64,000 nucleotides of DNA from an uncultured Planctomycetia bacterium (GCA_964642015.1 CAZXLF010000002.1:223678-287677); one strand, 5' to 3'. Positions 10,334 through 20,725 are shown, counted from the stretch's first letter. The notes: generated by a model from the sequence alone, not told the origin. Made by a program: numbers and translations.

Positions 10334-13300
10334 ATGAAATCTGATTTTGTCCATCTCCATGTCCACTCTCAATATAGTTTATTGGATGCGGTCTGTCCCG
10401 TAGAAGACCTAACGGCCCTTGCTAAAACGATGGGGATGTCGGCGTTGGCCGTGACTGATAACGGGAATCTCTTCGGCGCGATCGAATTTTATAACACCTG
10501 TAAAAAGTCCGGCGTGAAACCGATCGTTGGAGCTGAAGTCTACATCGCTCCGGAGAGCCGTTTTGAGCGCTCAACGCACGGGCTTCAAGGCGCTTCTTAT
10601 CCTTTCGTTCTGCTTTGCAAGGATGAGATTGGTTATCGCAACTTGATCGAGCTTGTCACGATCGGTTATCTAGAAGGTTTTTATTACCGTCCCCGCATCG
10701 ACAAAGAGGTCCTGAAAAAATTTTCCAAAGGCCTGATAGGATTATCTGGAGGTCTGAGAGCCGAGGTGCCGCATCTTTTGAATATCGGCCAGGCCGAAAA
10801 GGCGCATCAAGCCGCTTTGCAATACGCAGAGATATTAGGCAAAGATAATTTTTTCCTTGAAATCATTCACAGTGGTATCAAAGAGCAGGAGCGGGTGAAT
10901 ATGGACATCATCGCGCTGAGCGAAAAAACGGGTATCGGCCTTGTCGCGGCCAACGACGTGCGGTATCTCAAGCGCGAATATCAAAAAGCGCACGAAGTGC
11001 TCACCTGTATTCAAACTCAGACCACCATGGATGACCCTAACCGCACGCGGCATCAAACGGATGAATTTTATTTTAAATCCGCTGAAGAGATGAAAGAAAA
11101 ATTCAAGGATACTCCCGAAGCGATCGCGAACACCGCCAGGATCGCTGAGCGGTGCAATCTGGAACTCGATTTCACAAAGACGCACGTGCCTCAGTTCGTT
11201 CCGCCGAAAGGGAAAACGCATGAAGAATATTTGCGTGAACTGACCTATCAAGGCCTCCATGAACGATACAAGCCGATCACGGATGCGATCAAAAAGCGCG
11301 TCGAACATGAATTGAACGTCATTCAAAAAAGCGGCTATATCAGTTATTTTCTGATCGTCTGGGATTTTGTCCATTTTGCAAAACAAAAGGATATCCCGGT
11401 CGGTCCGGGCCGAGGTTCTGCCGCCGGAAGCGTCGTGAGCTATGCTCTGAGGATCACCGATATCGATCCATTGAAATACGATCTGCTTTTTGAAAGATTT
11501 TTGAATCCGGAACGCGTCAGCATGCCTGATATCGACATTGATTTTTGCTACGAGAACCGCGATGAAGTCATTAAGTATGTCACCGAAAAATATTCCAAGG
11601 ATAATGTCGCTCAGATCATCACGTTCGGGACCATGATGGCAAAGGCCGTTATCCGCGATGTCGGGCGCGTGATGGGAATGCCGTACGCCGAAGTCGATAA
11701 GATAGCAAAGCTTATCCCCGCTGAACTGGATATCACGATCGAAACCGCGCTTGAGCGGGAAGCGGAATTAAAATCGCTCTATAAAACGAACGCGCAGATC
11801 ACCCAGCTTATCGATACATCCAAGATCTTGGAGGGGATGACGAGGCATGCCTCGACGCACGCGGCGGGTGTCGTGATCAGCGAGAGGCCATTAAGAGAGC
11901 ATGTCCCGCTTTTTAAAACAGGGGATGGACAGATCTCCACGATGTATTCGATGGAGTCGCTTGAGAAGATAGGCCTGCTTAAAATGGATTTTCTGGGTTT
12001 ACGCACGCTGACCGTGATCGATGATACACAGAAGATCATCAAGCGTATCCAGAAAAAAGATATCGACTGGGCAAGGATCCCCTATGACGACATAAAGACT
12101 TTTGACATGCTTTCTAAAGCGCAGTCCATAGGAGTGTTCCAGCTTGAAAGTTCAGGGATGCGCGATATTCTGAAAAAGCTGAGACCGGATAAATTTGAAG
12201 ACCTGATCGCTATTTTGGCTCTTTACCGTCCTGGTCCTATCGGCTCGGGTATGGTGGATGAATTTATTAAGCGGAAGCACGGACAGATCCCGATCGCCTA
12301 TGACCATCCGTTGCTTGAGCCCATCTTAAAAGATACTTACGGCATTATTGTTTTCCAGGAACAGATCATGAAGATCGTCAACGTACTTGCCGGATTTTCT
12401 CTGGGTAAATCCGATTCTCTGCGGCGCGCTATCTCAAAGAAGAAAGAAGAGGTCATGCAGGAAGTACGCGAGGATTTTGTGAAAGGATGCGCGCAGAATA
12501 AGATCGAAAAAAGGATTGCCGACAAGATATTCAATTTTATCGTCCATTTTGCCGGATATGGTTTTAATAAAAGCCACTCTGCCGCTTACGCAATGATCTC
12601 TTACCGGACCGCGTATCTGAAGGCCAATTATCCGGTGGAATTCATGACGGCGCTTCTGTCATCAGAAAAAGACAATACTGATAAAGTGGTGCTTTATATC
12701 GATGAAGCCAAGCATATGAATCTAAAGGTCCTTCCGCCGGATGTGAATGAAAGTTTTCCTCAATTCACGGTCGTGGCGGCCGATACGATCCGCTTCGGTC
12801 TGTCGGCGGTCAAAAATGTCGGACAAACGGCTATCGACGCGATCATTCAGGGACGGATTAAGCAGAACCGCTTCAAGTCATTTTATCATTTTGCGGAGAA
12901 CGTGGATCTGCGCGTTGTGAACCGGAAAGTCCTTGAAAGTCTTATCAAGTGCGGAGCTTTTGATTCGATGGGGCTTTTTAGATCGCAGTTATTTGCGATA
13001 CTGGATGACGCCTTAACGATCGGCGGCGAAATACAAAAGGACAGGGAAAGCGGGCAGAAGTCATTCTTTGATTCTTTTGGAAAAGAGGACGAGTTTAAAA
13101 ACAAGTTCCACAATATTCCTTCGATCCCGGAATGGACCGACAACGAAAAGCTTATGAACGAAAAGGAAATGTTGGGATTTTACGTGACGGGCCATCCGCT
13201 TGACCGTTACCACAGAGAACTCAAAGGTTATTCGACAGCGTCCACGGCAACGATAGGACAGCGCCGCGATGGGGAAGAGATCGTGATCGGCGGCATCGTG

Positions 13301-13777
13301 AATAAATTAAAATTCACCCAAACCAAGAAAAATAAGGAAAAAATGGCGATCGTTGGGCTTGAAGATCTGGACGGAACGGTTGATATGCTGGTTTTTCCTA
13401 AAACGTTCAAGGAATATGGAAATCAACTTGCCAAGGATGCGATCTTATTTTTTAAAGGCAATGTGGACAATAAGGAACAGGACCCAAAGCTTTTGGTCAG
13501 CGAGATCGTTCCGCTTGCCGATATTCATAAGAAATTCGCGCGAAGTATTCGAGTCAAACTTCCGGCTGAGAATATACAGGAGAATTTATTGAAAAATCTG
13601 CAGGAAACGCTATCCCAGCATCCTGGCACGATCCCGGTTTATCTTGAGTTCGTCGATCAGAACAACATATGTTCAGAAATGCTCGTAGACCGCACCCTTT
13701 TTGTCCGTCCCAATGAAGCGCTAGTATCCTCTCTTAAGCAATTAGCCGGTGAAGAAGCCGTTAGCCTCAAAATATAG
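10334..13777 (+). CDS. dnaE: DNA polymerase III alpha subunit
   Basis: PHP HLHVHS, GPGRGSAAGS, PDIDIDF, KMDFLGL and FNKSHS; OB fold and C-terminal domain. Confidence 0.98.
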   Translation: MKSDFVHLHVHSQYSLLDAVCPVEDLTALAKTMGMSALAVTDNGNLFGAIEFYNTCKKSGVKPIVGAEVYIAPESRFERSTHGLQGASYPFVLLCKDEIGYRNLIELVTIGYLEGFYYRPRIDKEVLKKFSKGLIGLSGGLRAEVPHLLNIGQAEKAHQAALQYAEILGKDNFFLEIIHSGIKEQERVNMDIIALSEKTGIGLVAANDVRYLKREYQKAHEVLTCIQTQTTMDDPNRTRHQTDEFYFKSAEEMKEKFKDTPEAIANTARIAERCNLELDFTKTHVPQFVPPKGKTHEEYLRELTYQGLHERYKPITDAIKKRVEHELNVIQKSGYISYFLIVWDFVHFAKQKDIPVGPGRGSAAGSVVSYALRITDIDPLKYDLLFERFLNPERVSMPDIDIDFCYENRDEVIKYVTEKYSKDNVAQIITFGTMMAKAVIRDVGRVMGMPYAEVDKIAKLIPAELDITIETALEREAELKSLYKTNAQITQLIDTSKILEGMTRHASTHAAGVVISERPLREHVPLFKTGDGQISTMYSMESLEKIGLLKMDFLGLRTLTVIDDTQKIIKRIQKKDIDWARIPYDDIKTFDMLSKAQSIGVFQLESSGMRDILKKLRPDKFEDLIAILALYRPGPIGSGMVDEFIKRKHGQIPIAYDHPLLEPILKDTYGIIVFQEQIMKIVNVLAGFSLGKSDSLRRAISKKKEEVMQEVREDFVKGCAQNKIEKRIADKIFNFIVHFAGYGFNKSHSAAYAMISYRTAYLKANYPVEFMTALLSSEKDNTDKVVLYIDEAKHMNLKVLPPDVNESFPQFTVVAADTIRFGLSAVKNVGQTAIDAIIQGRIKQNRFKSFYHFAENVDLRVVNRKVLESLIKCGAFDSMGLFRSQLFAILDDALTIGGEIQKDRESGQKSFFDSFGKEDEFKNKFHNIPSIPEWTDNEKLMNEKEMLGFYVTGHPLDRYHRELKGYSTASTATIGQRRDGEEIVIGGIVNKLKFTQTKKNKEKMAIVGLEDLDGTVDMLVFPKTFKEYGNQLAKDAILFFKGNVDNKEQDPKLLVSEIVPLADIHKKFARSIRVKLPAENIQENLLKNLQETLSQHPGTIPVYLEFVDQNNICSEMLVDRTLFVRPNEALVSSLKQLAGEEAVSLKI

Positions 13778-13783
13778 CCTTAA

Positions 13784-13817
13784 TTGACACTGTAAGTTAT
13801 TATATGATAATATCATA
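13784..13817 (+). promoter_or_regulatory. Sigma70 promoter for the HU/IHF gene with an overlapping inverted repeat
   Basis: TTGACA at 13784; -10 candidates GATAAT or TG-TAATAT; IR TATGATA-A-TATCATA at 13803..13817. Confidence 0.55.
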
Positions 13818-13891
13818 CGCAATTTACGCGATCTCGGATAAGTCATAGATCGTCTCAGGTTTTCCAAGAAATTTCTTATAAGGAGGGTATC

Positions 13892-14170
13892 GTGGCCATA
13901 ACGAAAAAAGATATCGTGCTCAAGATTTCCAGCGAGACAGGTATTAAACAGATAGACGTCAAGCGAGTGGTGCAGTACGCGCTTGATAAGATCACCGAAT
14001 ACTTGGCCGCGGGGCAGACCGTAGAACTCAGGAATTTTGGTATATTCAAGATAAAATCCAGGCGCGGACGCCTTGGCCGTAATCCGCGCACGGGACAGGA
14101 AGTGCCGGTGCCGCCCAAAAAGGTCGTGGTATTCAAGCCTGGCCTTATCATGAAGCGGGACGTGAAATAA
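13892..14170 (+). CDS. HU/IHF-family nucleoid DNA-binding protein
   Basis: TKKDIV, VELRNFGIF, GRNPRTG and FKPG; SD AGGGAGG before GTG. Confidence 0.93.
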   Translation: MAITKKDIVLKISSETGIKQIDVKRVVQYALDKITEYLAAGQTVELRNFGIFKIKSRRGRLGRNPRTGQEVPVPPKKVVVFKPGLIMKRDVK

Positions 14171-14276
14171 CGCCTTTCTTTTGGCCTAAACCTCGATTGA
14201 TTTGCAATAGCGTTCATTCGAATCTATCACATCGGGGACACGGCCATCTTACCCCTCATTAATTTAAAAGGAACTG

Positions 14277-15533
14277 ATGAAATTTCAGCGATTACGCGGA
14301 ACGCATGATATTTACGGGAAAGACGCGCTTCTTTTTCAGAATGCGGAATCCTGCGCCCGCGCCGTGTTCCAGCGATTTGGTTTTGAAGAATTAAGAACCC
14401 CCATCCTTGAACAAAAAGAACTTTTTACTCGAGCGCTTGGAAACGAAACGGACGTGGTCCAAAAAGAAATGTACGAATTCGAGGACCGTTCGAAAGAAAG
14501 GGTCGCAATGAGGCCTGAAGGAACGGCCGGGATCGTGCGGGCTTACCTTGAGAACAACTTTGATAAAACCCAGGGACTTTGCAAATTTTTTTATTTGGGC
14601 CCGATGTTCCGCAGCGAAAGGCCTCAAGCCGGCCGGCTTCGGCAGTTCCATCAGATAGGAGTTGAGACGCTCGGGACCGACAGTCCTTATGCTGATGCGG
14701 AGACGCTTCAAGCGCTCACATTATTTTTGGACCTGGCGGGAGCAGGCGGTTATCAGGTAAAGCTGAATAATTTAGGAACGTTTGAAGAAAGGGCTGAGTT
14801 CAAGAAAGTGCTTCAGAAATATTTTGATCCGTATAAAGAACGGCTTTGTGACGACTGCAAGAATCGTTTAACGAAGAATGTGTTCCGGCTTTTGGATTGC
14901 AAAAACAGTTCCTGTCGCGAGATCATCGAAAAATCCCCGAAGATCTCAGGCCATTTGTCCGCGCCGAGCAAAGAGCATTTTGATAAAGTCTGCCAAGCGC
15001 TGGAATCCTCAGACATGACTTACAAACTCGATCCTTACATGGTACGTGGTCTGGATTATTATACGAAGACAGTTTTTGAGATATCACATCCTAAACTTGG
15101 TGCACAGGACGCGTTGGCGGCGGGTGGGCGATATGACCATTTGATCGAGACGTTCGGCGGAGCTGCGGCTGGCGCTGTCGGTTTCGCGATCGGCGTGGAA
15201 CGTCTTTTGATGTGTCTTGAGCAGAAAGATGCCGAAAACCCCGAAAAAGTTTTTTTTGTTGCGACGCTGGGCGAAGCAGCTTTTCAGGAAGGTTTTAAGC
15301 TTTTATCCAGGTTACGAAAGGAGAATTTTTCAGCGTCGATGGATTTTTCAGCCAAGTCCTTAAAAAGCCAGATGCGTGCGGCGGACAAGATCAAAGCGGA
15401 TTTTGTTTTGATCCTGGGCGAGGATGAGCTTAAAAAAAATGTTTGCATGCTGAAGAACATGAAAAGCAGCGCCCAGGAGGAAATATCCCTGGACGGCATA
15501 GTCAAAAAATTAGAATCAAAGGCGAAGCCATAA
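14277..15533 (+). CDS. hisS: Histidine--tRNA ligase
   Basis: RPEGTAG, FRSERPQAGRLRQF, VRGLDYY and GGRYD. Confidence 0.97.
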   Translation: MKFQRLRGTHDIYGKDALLFQNAESCARAVFQRFGFEELRTPILEQKELFTRALGNETDVVQKEMYEFEDRSKERVAMRPEGTAGIVRAYLENNFDKTQGLCKFFYLGPMFRSERPQAGRLRQFHQIGVETLGTDSPYADAETLQALTLFLDLAGAGGYQVKLNNLGTFEERAEFKKVLQKYFDPYKERLCDDCKNRLTKNVFRLLDCKNSSCREIIEKSPKISGHLSAPSKEHFDKVCQALESSDMTYKLDPYMVRGLDYYTKTVFEISHPKLGAQDALAAGGRYDHLIETFGGAAAGAVGFAIGVERLLMCLEQKDAENPEKVFFVATLGEAAFQEGFKLLSRLRKENFSASMDFSAKSLKSQMRAADKIKADFVLILGEDELKKNVCMLKNMKSSAQEEISLDGIVKKLESKAKP

Positions 15534-15536
15534 GTC

Positions 15537-17270
15537 ATGTTAAGAACGCACACTTGCGGTGAATTGACAGAACGGCATGTCGGAAAAGAAGTGACATTGT
15601 GCGGTTGGGTGGATACTGTACGCGATCACGGCGGATTGGTTTTCTTAGACCTTAGGGATAGGTATGGAAAAACGCAGATTGTTTTCTCAGGTAAGATCAC
15701 GGATTACAAATCAGAGGATTGTGTTCAGATCAAAGGAAAGGTCCAGATTCGACCCAAAGGCACTGAAAATCCAAAAATCTCAACCGGCAAAATTGAAATA
15801 GTGGATACAAAAATCGAAACTCTCTCTGGATCTAATCCACTACCGTTTGAAGTGACAAAAAGCCAAGAGACCAACGAAGACTTGCGTATGCGTTACCGGT
15901 ATCTGGATCTTCGTAATCCGGATGTGCAGAAAAATCTTTTCGCACGCCACCGTGTTTATCAGATTATCCGCCGTTCATTTGACAAGCACGGCTTCATAGA
16001 AGTTGAAACGCCGATCTTGACCAAATCCACACCGGAAGGTGCACGCGATTATCTGGTGCCGAGCCGCGTGAACCCAGGAGAATTTTACGCGCTGCCGCAG
16101 TCGCCTCAGCTTTTCAAACAGATCCTGATGGTATCCGGTTTTGACCGTTATTTTCAGATCGCGAAATGTTTCCGTGATGAAGATCTCCGCGCGGACCGCC
16201 AGCCGGAATTTACACAGCTCGATGTCGAAATGTCTTTTTTGGATGAGAACGATCTTTTTGCGATCATCGAGGAAACCGTCAAAGCGATATGGAAGGAAGT
16301 TTTGAATGTGGATTTGCCTGCATTCACGCGTTTGACCTATCAGGATGCGATGGCCAAATATGGTTCCGATAAGCCGGATCTGCGGTTTGGTCTCGAATTT
16401 CACGACGCGTCGGATCTTGTCAAACATTGCGAATTTAGAGTTTTCAAAGACACGCTTGTTTCCGAAAAAGGCGCTGTGATCGGCATCTGTGTTCCGAAGC
16501 CCGAAGCTTCTCGCAAAGACATCGATGATATGACCGAATTTGTAAAAGCCGAAGGTGCTTTAGGACTTGCTTATTTCAAGGTGGAGAACGGAAAACTGGA
16601 ATCTCCGATAGCCAAATTCGTGGATGAGAAAACGCAAAAGAGCCTGATCGATCTTTTTAAGGCGAATGCAGGAGACCTTTTGCTTTTTATTGCCGATGAA
16701 AAAAAGAAAGCCCAGAAATTGCTTGGAACTCTGCGATTGCATATTTCCAAGTGGAAAAAATTAGTAAAGCCTGGAACATTTCATTTCAGCTGGGTGACGG
16801 ATTTTCCTCTTTTTCAGTGGAATGATGAGGAAAAACAGTGGAACAGCGAACACCATCCTTTTACCTGTCCTAATCTGGAAGATTGGGCGAAATATAAGCC
16901 GATGGGGGAATTTGGGAAGATACGTTCACGCGCGTATGATCTTGTTTTGAATGGGAACGAGATCGCTTCGGGTTCCGTTCGTATTCATGACCGAAAGCTT
17001 CAGAAGGAAATCTTCGATACGATAGGTCTTACCGAAGAAGATATTAACGTGCGTTTTGCTTTTCTTTTGAAGGCGTTTGAATTTGGGGCACCGCCACATG
17101 GAGGCATTGCTTTGGGCATTGATCGTGTGATGACCATTTTGCTGGGACTCGAAAGTATCCGTGAGGTGATTGCGTTTCCGAAAAATCAGAAAGCTGTTGA
17201 CCCGATGACTGATGCGCCTTCGCCGGTGAATGAGCGGCAGCTAAAAGAGCTGGGCATTAAGATTCGTTGA
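15537..17270 (+). CDS. aspS: Aspartate--tRNA ligase, likely non-discriminating (Asp/Asn)
   Basis: RTHTCGEL, RDHGG (His typical of ND enzymes), LPQSPQLFKQ and GAPPHGG. Confidence 0.96.
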   Translation: MLRTHTCGELTERHVGKEVTLCGWVDTVRDHGGLVFLDLRDRYGKTQIVFSGKITDYKSEDCVQIKGKVQIRPKGTENPKISTGKIEIVDTKIETLSGSNPLPFEVTKSQETNEDLRMRYRYLDLRNPDVQKNLFARHRVYQIIRRSFDKHGFIEVETPILTKSTPEGARDYLVPSRVNPGEFYALPQSPQLFKQILMVSGFDRYFQIAKCFRDEDLRADRQPEFTQLDVEMSFLDENDLFAIIEETVKAIWKEVLNVDLPAFTRLTYQDAMAKYGSDKPDLRFGLEFHDASDLVKHCEFRVFKDTLVSEKGAVIGICVPKPEASRKDIDDMTEFVKAEGALGLAYFKVENGKLESPIAKFVDEKTQKSLIDLFKANAGDLLLFIADEKKKAQKLLGTLRLHISKWKKLVKPGTFHFSWVTDFPLFQWNDEEKQWNSEHHPFTCPNLEDWAKYKPMGEFGKIRSRAYDLVLNGNEIASGSVRIHDRKLQKEIFDTIGLTEEDINVRFAFLLKAFEFGAPPHGGIALGIDRVMTILLGLESIREVIAFPKNQKAVDPMTDAPSPVNERQLKELGIKIR

Positions 17271-17725
17271 TGATCGAGGTAAGATTCGGGACCTCGACGC
17301 ATGGTTTAAAAGTATCTTGGGTCAAACGCGTCGTAAGCGCCACATTAAAGTTTGAAAAGAAAACAGGGCGAACAGTCAGCGTTTTTCTAACGAACGATAA
17401 ACAGATACGGAAGATCAATAAGCTGTATCTCGATCATGACTATGCGACGGATGTGATCTCGTTCTGGTTCGAGCAGGATCGCTTGATCAAAAGAGAATCA
17501 AAACATTTGGGCGATCTGGTCGTTTCCGTTGAGACGGCGAAATGCGTGGCCAAGGAAATGGGGATCTCGTTCAAGCAGGAATTAGCAAGATACCTTATTC
17601 ATGGCACATTGCATTTATTAGGTTATAACGACAAAAAGGCAGAAGACAGAAAAAGAATGCATCAGCGACAAGAATGGATAGTTAAGCGGTTATGCACCAG
17701 CGCAGAACATTCGTTCAGAGTTTGA
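17267..17725 (+). CDS. ybeY: rRNA maturation endoribonuclease YbeY
   Basis: TDVISF, LGDLVVS and HGTLHLLGYND (third His appears as Asn); start TTG 17267 or ATG 17270. Confidence 0.88.
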   Translation: MMIEVRFGTSTHGLKVSWVKRVVSATLKFEKKTGRTVSVFLTNDKQIRKINKLYLDHDYATDVISFWFEQDRLIKRESKHLGDLVVSVETAKCVAKEMGISFKQELARYLIHGTLHLLGYNDKKAEDRKRMHQRQEWIVKRLCTSAEHSFRV

Positions 17726-18393
17726 ACGACGCCGCCGAAGGCGTGATCTATGTGATCAAGAATGAGCGCAATATGCGCGTTCATTTTATGTTGGGATTTC
17801 TTGTTCTCCTGATCGCCATTTTTATAGGTGTCAGCCGTTTGGAATGGATCATTCTCTGCACGATCATCAGTCTTGTACTTGCGGCTGAAATGCTGAATAC
17901 AGTCGTGGAGGAAATGGTCGATCTTGTGGAGCCGTTATCCCACCCGAATGTGCGCATTATCAAAGATGTGTCGGCGGGATTTGTGCTGGTATTGGCGGTC
18001 AATGCGCTGATCGTCGGGTTTTTTATATTCTCAAAATATTGGTCGTGGCCGATCCAGGCAACGGCCATGAGAATACGCCATGCCTCGTGGCACATCACAT
18101 TTGTTGCTTTATTAGTGGTGGTATTTTTTACGATCGCAGGCAAGGCGTTCTTTCATCAAGGGACGCCATTCCGCGGAGGGATCATCAGTGGGCATTCGGC
18201 CGTGGCTTTTTCCATCTGGACCGCAGTGTTATTCACTTTTTCAAACCCATTTGTTTTGGGCGCGATGTTTCTTTTGGCCGTTCTTGTTGCTCAAAGCCGT
18301 TTGCGTGCGAAGATCCATTCTCTATCGGAAGTGATCACCGGAGCGCTCATTGGATTTCTTGTCACAGCTCTTTTTTTTCAGATCTTTAGGTAA
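17692..18393 (+). CDS. dgkA: Diacylglycerol/undecaprenol kinase fused to a PAP2-type phosphatase domain
   Basis: ERNMRVH, EMLNTVVEEMVDL and KDVSAG; C-terminal SGHS and SRL..IHS..EV..G. Confidence 0.85.
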   Translation: MHQRRTFVQSLNDAAEGVIYVIKNERNMRVHFMLGFLVLLIAIFIGVSRLEWIILCTIISLVLAAEMLNTVVEEMVDLVEPLSHPNVRIIKDVSAGFVLVLAVNALIVGFFIFSKYWSWPIQATAMRIRHASWHITFVALLVVVFFTIAGKAFFHQGTPFRGGIISGHSAVAFSIWTAVLFTFSNPFVLGAMFLLAVLVAQSRLRAKIHSLSEVITGALIGFLVTALFFQIFR

Positions 18394-18401
18394 AGGACCT
18401 T

Positions 18402-19028
18402 ATGTGGAAAAAATTTAGGAATCATTTTGTCACAGGGCTGATGTCTCTGGCGCCATTCTTTTTGACCTTAGTCTTCATCAAATATCTGATCCGGCTCGCC
18501 GATAATTTTGTCGTGGACCCGCTTTTTGAGATCCTTCCGCTGGATTTTGATGCAGCATTCAAAGTCTTATTAGCGAAGCTCATTATTTTTACCGTCGTGG
18601 TCATTTTTGTTGTGCTGATCGGATGGACGGCTGAGAAATTCGTTTTTAAAAGATTATTCGCCGCGTGGGAGAGGTTTTTAGACACGATCCCATTCTTTAA
18701 TAAAATATACGGCTCGATCCGGGAAGTGGCGCAGGCATTTTTTGGAGATAAGACAGGGATTTTTAAACGCGTGGTCTACGTGGAATATCCGCGAAAAGGT
18801 GTATATGCCTTGGGGTTTGTGACGCAGGAAAAGCCGTGGGAGATCCATGAAAAAACCGGCAAAGAAATATTGAATATTTTTTTACCGCATCCCCCGAATC
18901 CTGCGACAGGATATTTTATTTTTGCTCCTAAGGAAGAAGTGATCGAGTCAAATCTGACGGTTGAAGAGGGAATACGTCTTGTGATCAGCGCCGGCGCAGC
19001 GATCCCTTCGAACGGACGAAAAAAATGA
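18402..19028 (+). CDS. DUF502-family membrane protein
   Basis: Two TM segments, IPFFNKIY, VEYPRKG, FLPHPPNPATG and EEGIRLVISAG. Confidence 0.8.
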   Translation: MWKKFRNHFVTGLMSLAPFFLTLVFIKYLIRLADNFVVDPLFEILPLDFDAAFKVLLAKLIIFTVVVIFVVLIGWTAEKFVFKRLFAAWERFLDTIPFFNKIYGSIREVAQAFFGDKTGIFKRVVYVEYPRKGVYALGFVTQEKPWEIHEKTGKEILNIFLPHPPNPATGYFIFAPKEEVIESNLTVEEGIRLVISAGAAIPSNGRKK

Positions 19029-19774
19029 GTGCCACAAAAACACAGGCGTTTGCACTAAAAACTCAGGACTACCGCGACACGAGTCTTTTGGCAACGTTTT
19101 ATACCCGCGACTATGGAAAGATCCGCGGTATCGTTAAAGGTATCCGCGGTTCGCGAGCGGGGTTTGGCAGTACACTCGAACCTTTTTCTCTGAATGAGAT
19201 CTTGTTCTATAAAAGGAAAAGAGGGGGAGATCTTCATTTGATCACACAGATCGATCTCGAAGGTCTTTTTCCGGAGGTTAGGCATGATCTTGAAAGAGTT
19301 TCTTACGCGAGTTATTTTATTGATCTTTTGAACGAACTTGTTGAGACCGAAGATCCGAGCCCTGGGATCTTCAGCCTTTTGCATGATTCGCTTCTATTTT
19401 TATCAAGCGGAGCATCATGCAAACGCACAGCGCGAATTTATGAAGTAAAGCTTCTAGAGCTTTTAGGGCTTATGCCGGAGATCAAGGTCTGCGTGATCTG
19501 CCAAACCTCCGACCCGGAACCGGCTTTTTTTAACGTGCCGCTCGGAGGGATTTGCTGCAAAAATTGTTCGGAGAAAAATGGATTCCCTGTATCCAGAGGC
19601 ACGCTGAATTTTTTGGAGCACGTCAGGCGCGCGCCATTCAAGGAACTGCAGAATGTTAAAGTATCGCAAGAGGTTGGAGTGGAACTCGAAAAGACGCTCA
19701 GGCGTTTTGTGGATTTTCATTTGTCTAATAAACTGAAGTCTGTTATCTTTTTGGAAAAAATGGAGCTGATTTAA
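19025..19774 (+). CDS. recO: DNA repair protein RecO
   Basis: N-terminal OB fold (YTRDYGKI..IVKG, LEPF), Cys cluster CVIC..CCKNC; position before glyQ. Confidence 0.92.
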   Translation: MSATKTQAFALKTQDYRDTSLLATFYTRDYGKIRGIVKGIRGSRAGFGSTLEPFSLNEILFYKRKRGGDLHLITQIDLEGLFPEVRHDLERVSYASYFIDLLNELVETEDPSPGIFSLLHDSLLFLSSGASCKRTARIYEVKLLELLGLMPEIKVCVICQTSDPEPAFFNVPLGGICCKNCSEKNGFPVSRGTLNFLEHVRRAPFKELQNVKVSQEVGVELEKTLRRFVDFHLSNKLKSVIFLEKMELI

Positions 19775-19783
19775 AACGTAAGC

Positions 19784-19817
19784 TGAGCGGTTTTCGATAA
19801 ACGGTTTACGCTAACCA
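19784..19817. repeat. Intergenic hairpin element, copy B (short, inverted relative to copy A)
   Basis: TGAGCGGTTTTCGAT-AAACGGTTTA-CGCTAACCA. Confidence 0.65.
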
Positions 19818-19828
19818 TAAAGGATGTC

Positions 19829-20725
19829 TTGATGGTTTATTTCCAAGATTTGATCTTAAAGTTATCGGATTATTGGGCTAAAAAAGGATGCGCTGTGCTC
19901 CAGCCCTATGACATGGAAGTAGGCGCTGGCACATTTCATCCAGCCACATTTTTCGGATCGCTCGGACCTCAAGGTTGGAATGTGGCGTATGTACAACCGA
20001 CTCGTCGGCCGACGGATGGACGCTACGGTGAAAATCCTCTGAGGACACAGCATTATTATCAGTATCAAGTGATTCTCAAGCCCTCACCGGAAAATGCGCA
20101 GGATCTTTATCTGGACAGTCTGAGATCTGTAGGTCTTAAATTGGAAGAGCATGACATCCGTTTTGTTCAGGATGATTGGGAATCACCGACGCTGGGGGCT
20201 TCCGGTTTGGGATGGGAAGTGTGGCTCGACAGTCTTGAGGTCACGCAGTTCACTTATTTTCAGCAGATGGCCGGGTTCACGCTGAATCCGATATCCTGTG
20301 AGATCACTTATGGGCTTGAGCGTATCTGCATGTTCCTGCAGAAAAAGCACGACCTTTTTGATCTGCAGTGGTCGAAAGATCTGAAGTATGGAGAGCTTCG
20401 TAAGAAATATGAAGTGGAATACTGCCGCTATAATTTTGAAGCAAGCGAACCGGCGACGCTGCAGGCGCTTTTTGAAACTTATGAAAATGAGGCAAAGCGT
20501 CTTTTAGGTACCGAGCCCGGCCCTGAGACGCTGGTATTGCCGGCCTACGAATGGACTTTGAAGACGTCGCATGTTTTCAATATGCTTGATGCGCGCGGAG
20601 CGGTGAGCGTCAACGAGCGCCCGGCTTATATTGCGCGTGTGCGCAATCTCGCCAAAAGATGCGCACAGAGTTATTTTTTACAGAATTATCCCGAAACCGT
20701 GGTTCTCAATGAAAAAAAGAAATAA
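19829..20725 (+). CDS. glyQ: Glycine--tRNA ligase alpha subunit
   Basis: [34 protein letters not shown] and EITYGLER; start TTG 19829 or ATG 19832. Confidence 0.97.
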   Translation: MMVYFQDLILKLSDYWAKKGCAVLQPYDMEVGAGTFHPATFFGSLGPQGWNVAYVQPTRRPTDGRYGENPLRTQHYYQYQVILKPSPENAQDLYLDSLRSVGLKLEEHDIRFVQDDWESPTLGASGLGWEVWLDSLEVTQFTYFQQMAGFTLNPISCEITYGLERICMFLQKKHDLFDLQWSKDLKYGELRKKYEVEYCRYNFEASEPATLQALFETYENEAKRLLGTEPGPETLVLPAYEWTLKTSHVFNMLDARGAVSVNERPAYIARVRNLAKRCAQSYFLQNYPETVVLNEKKK

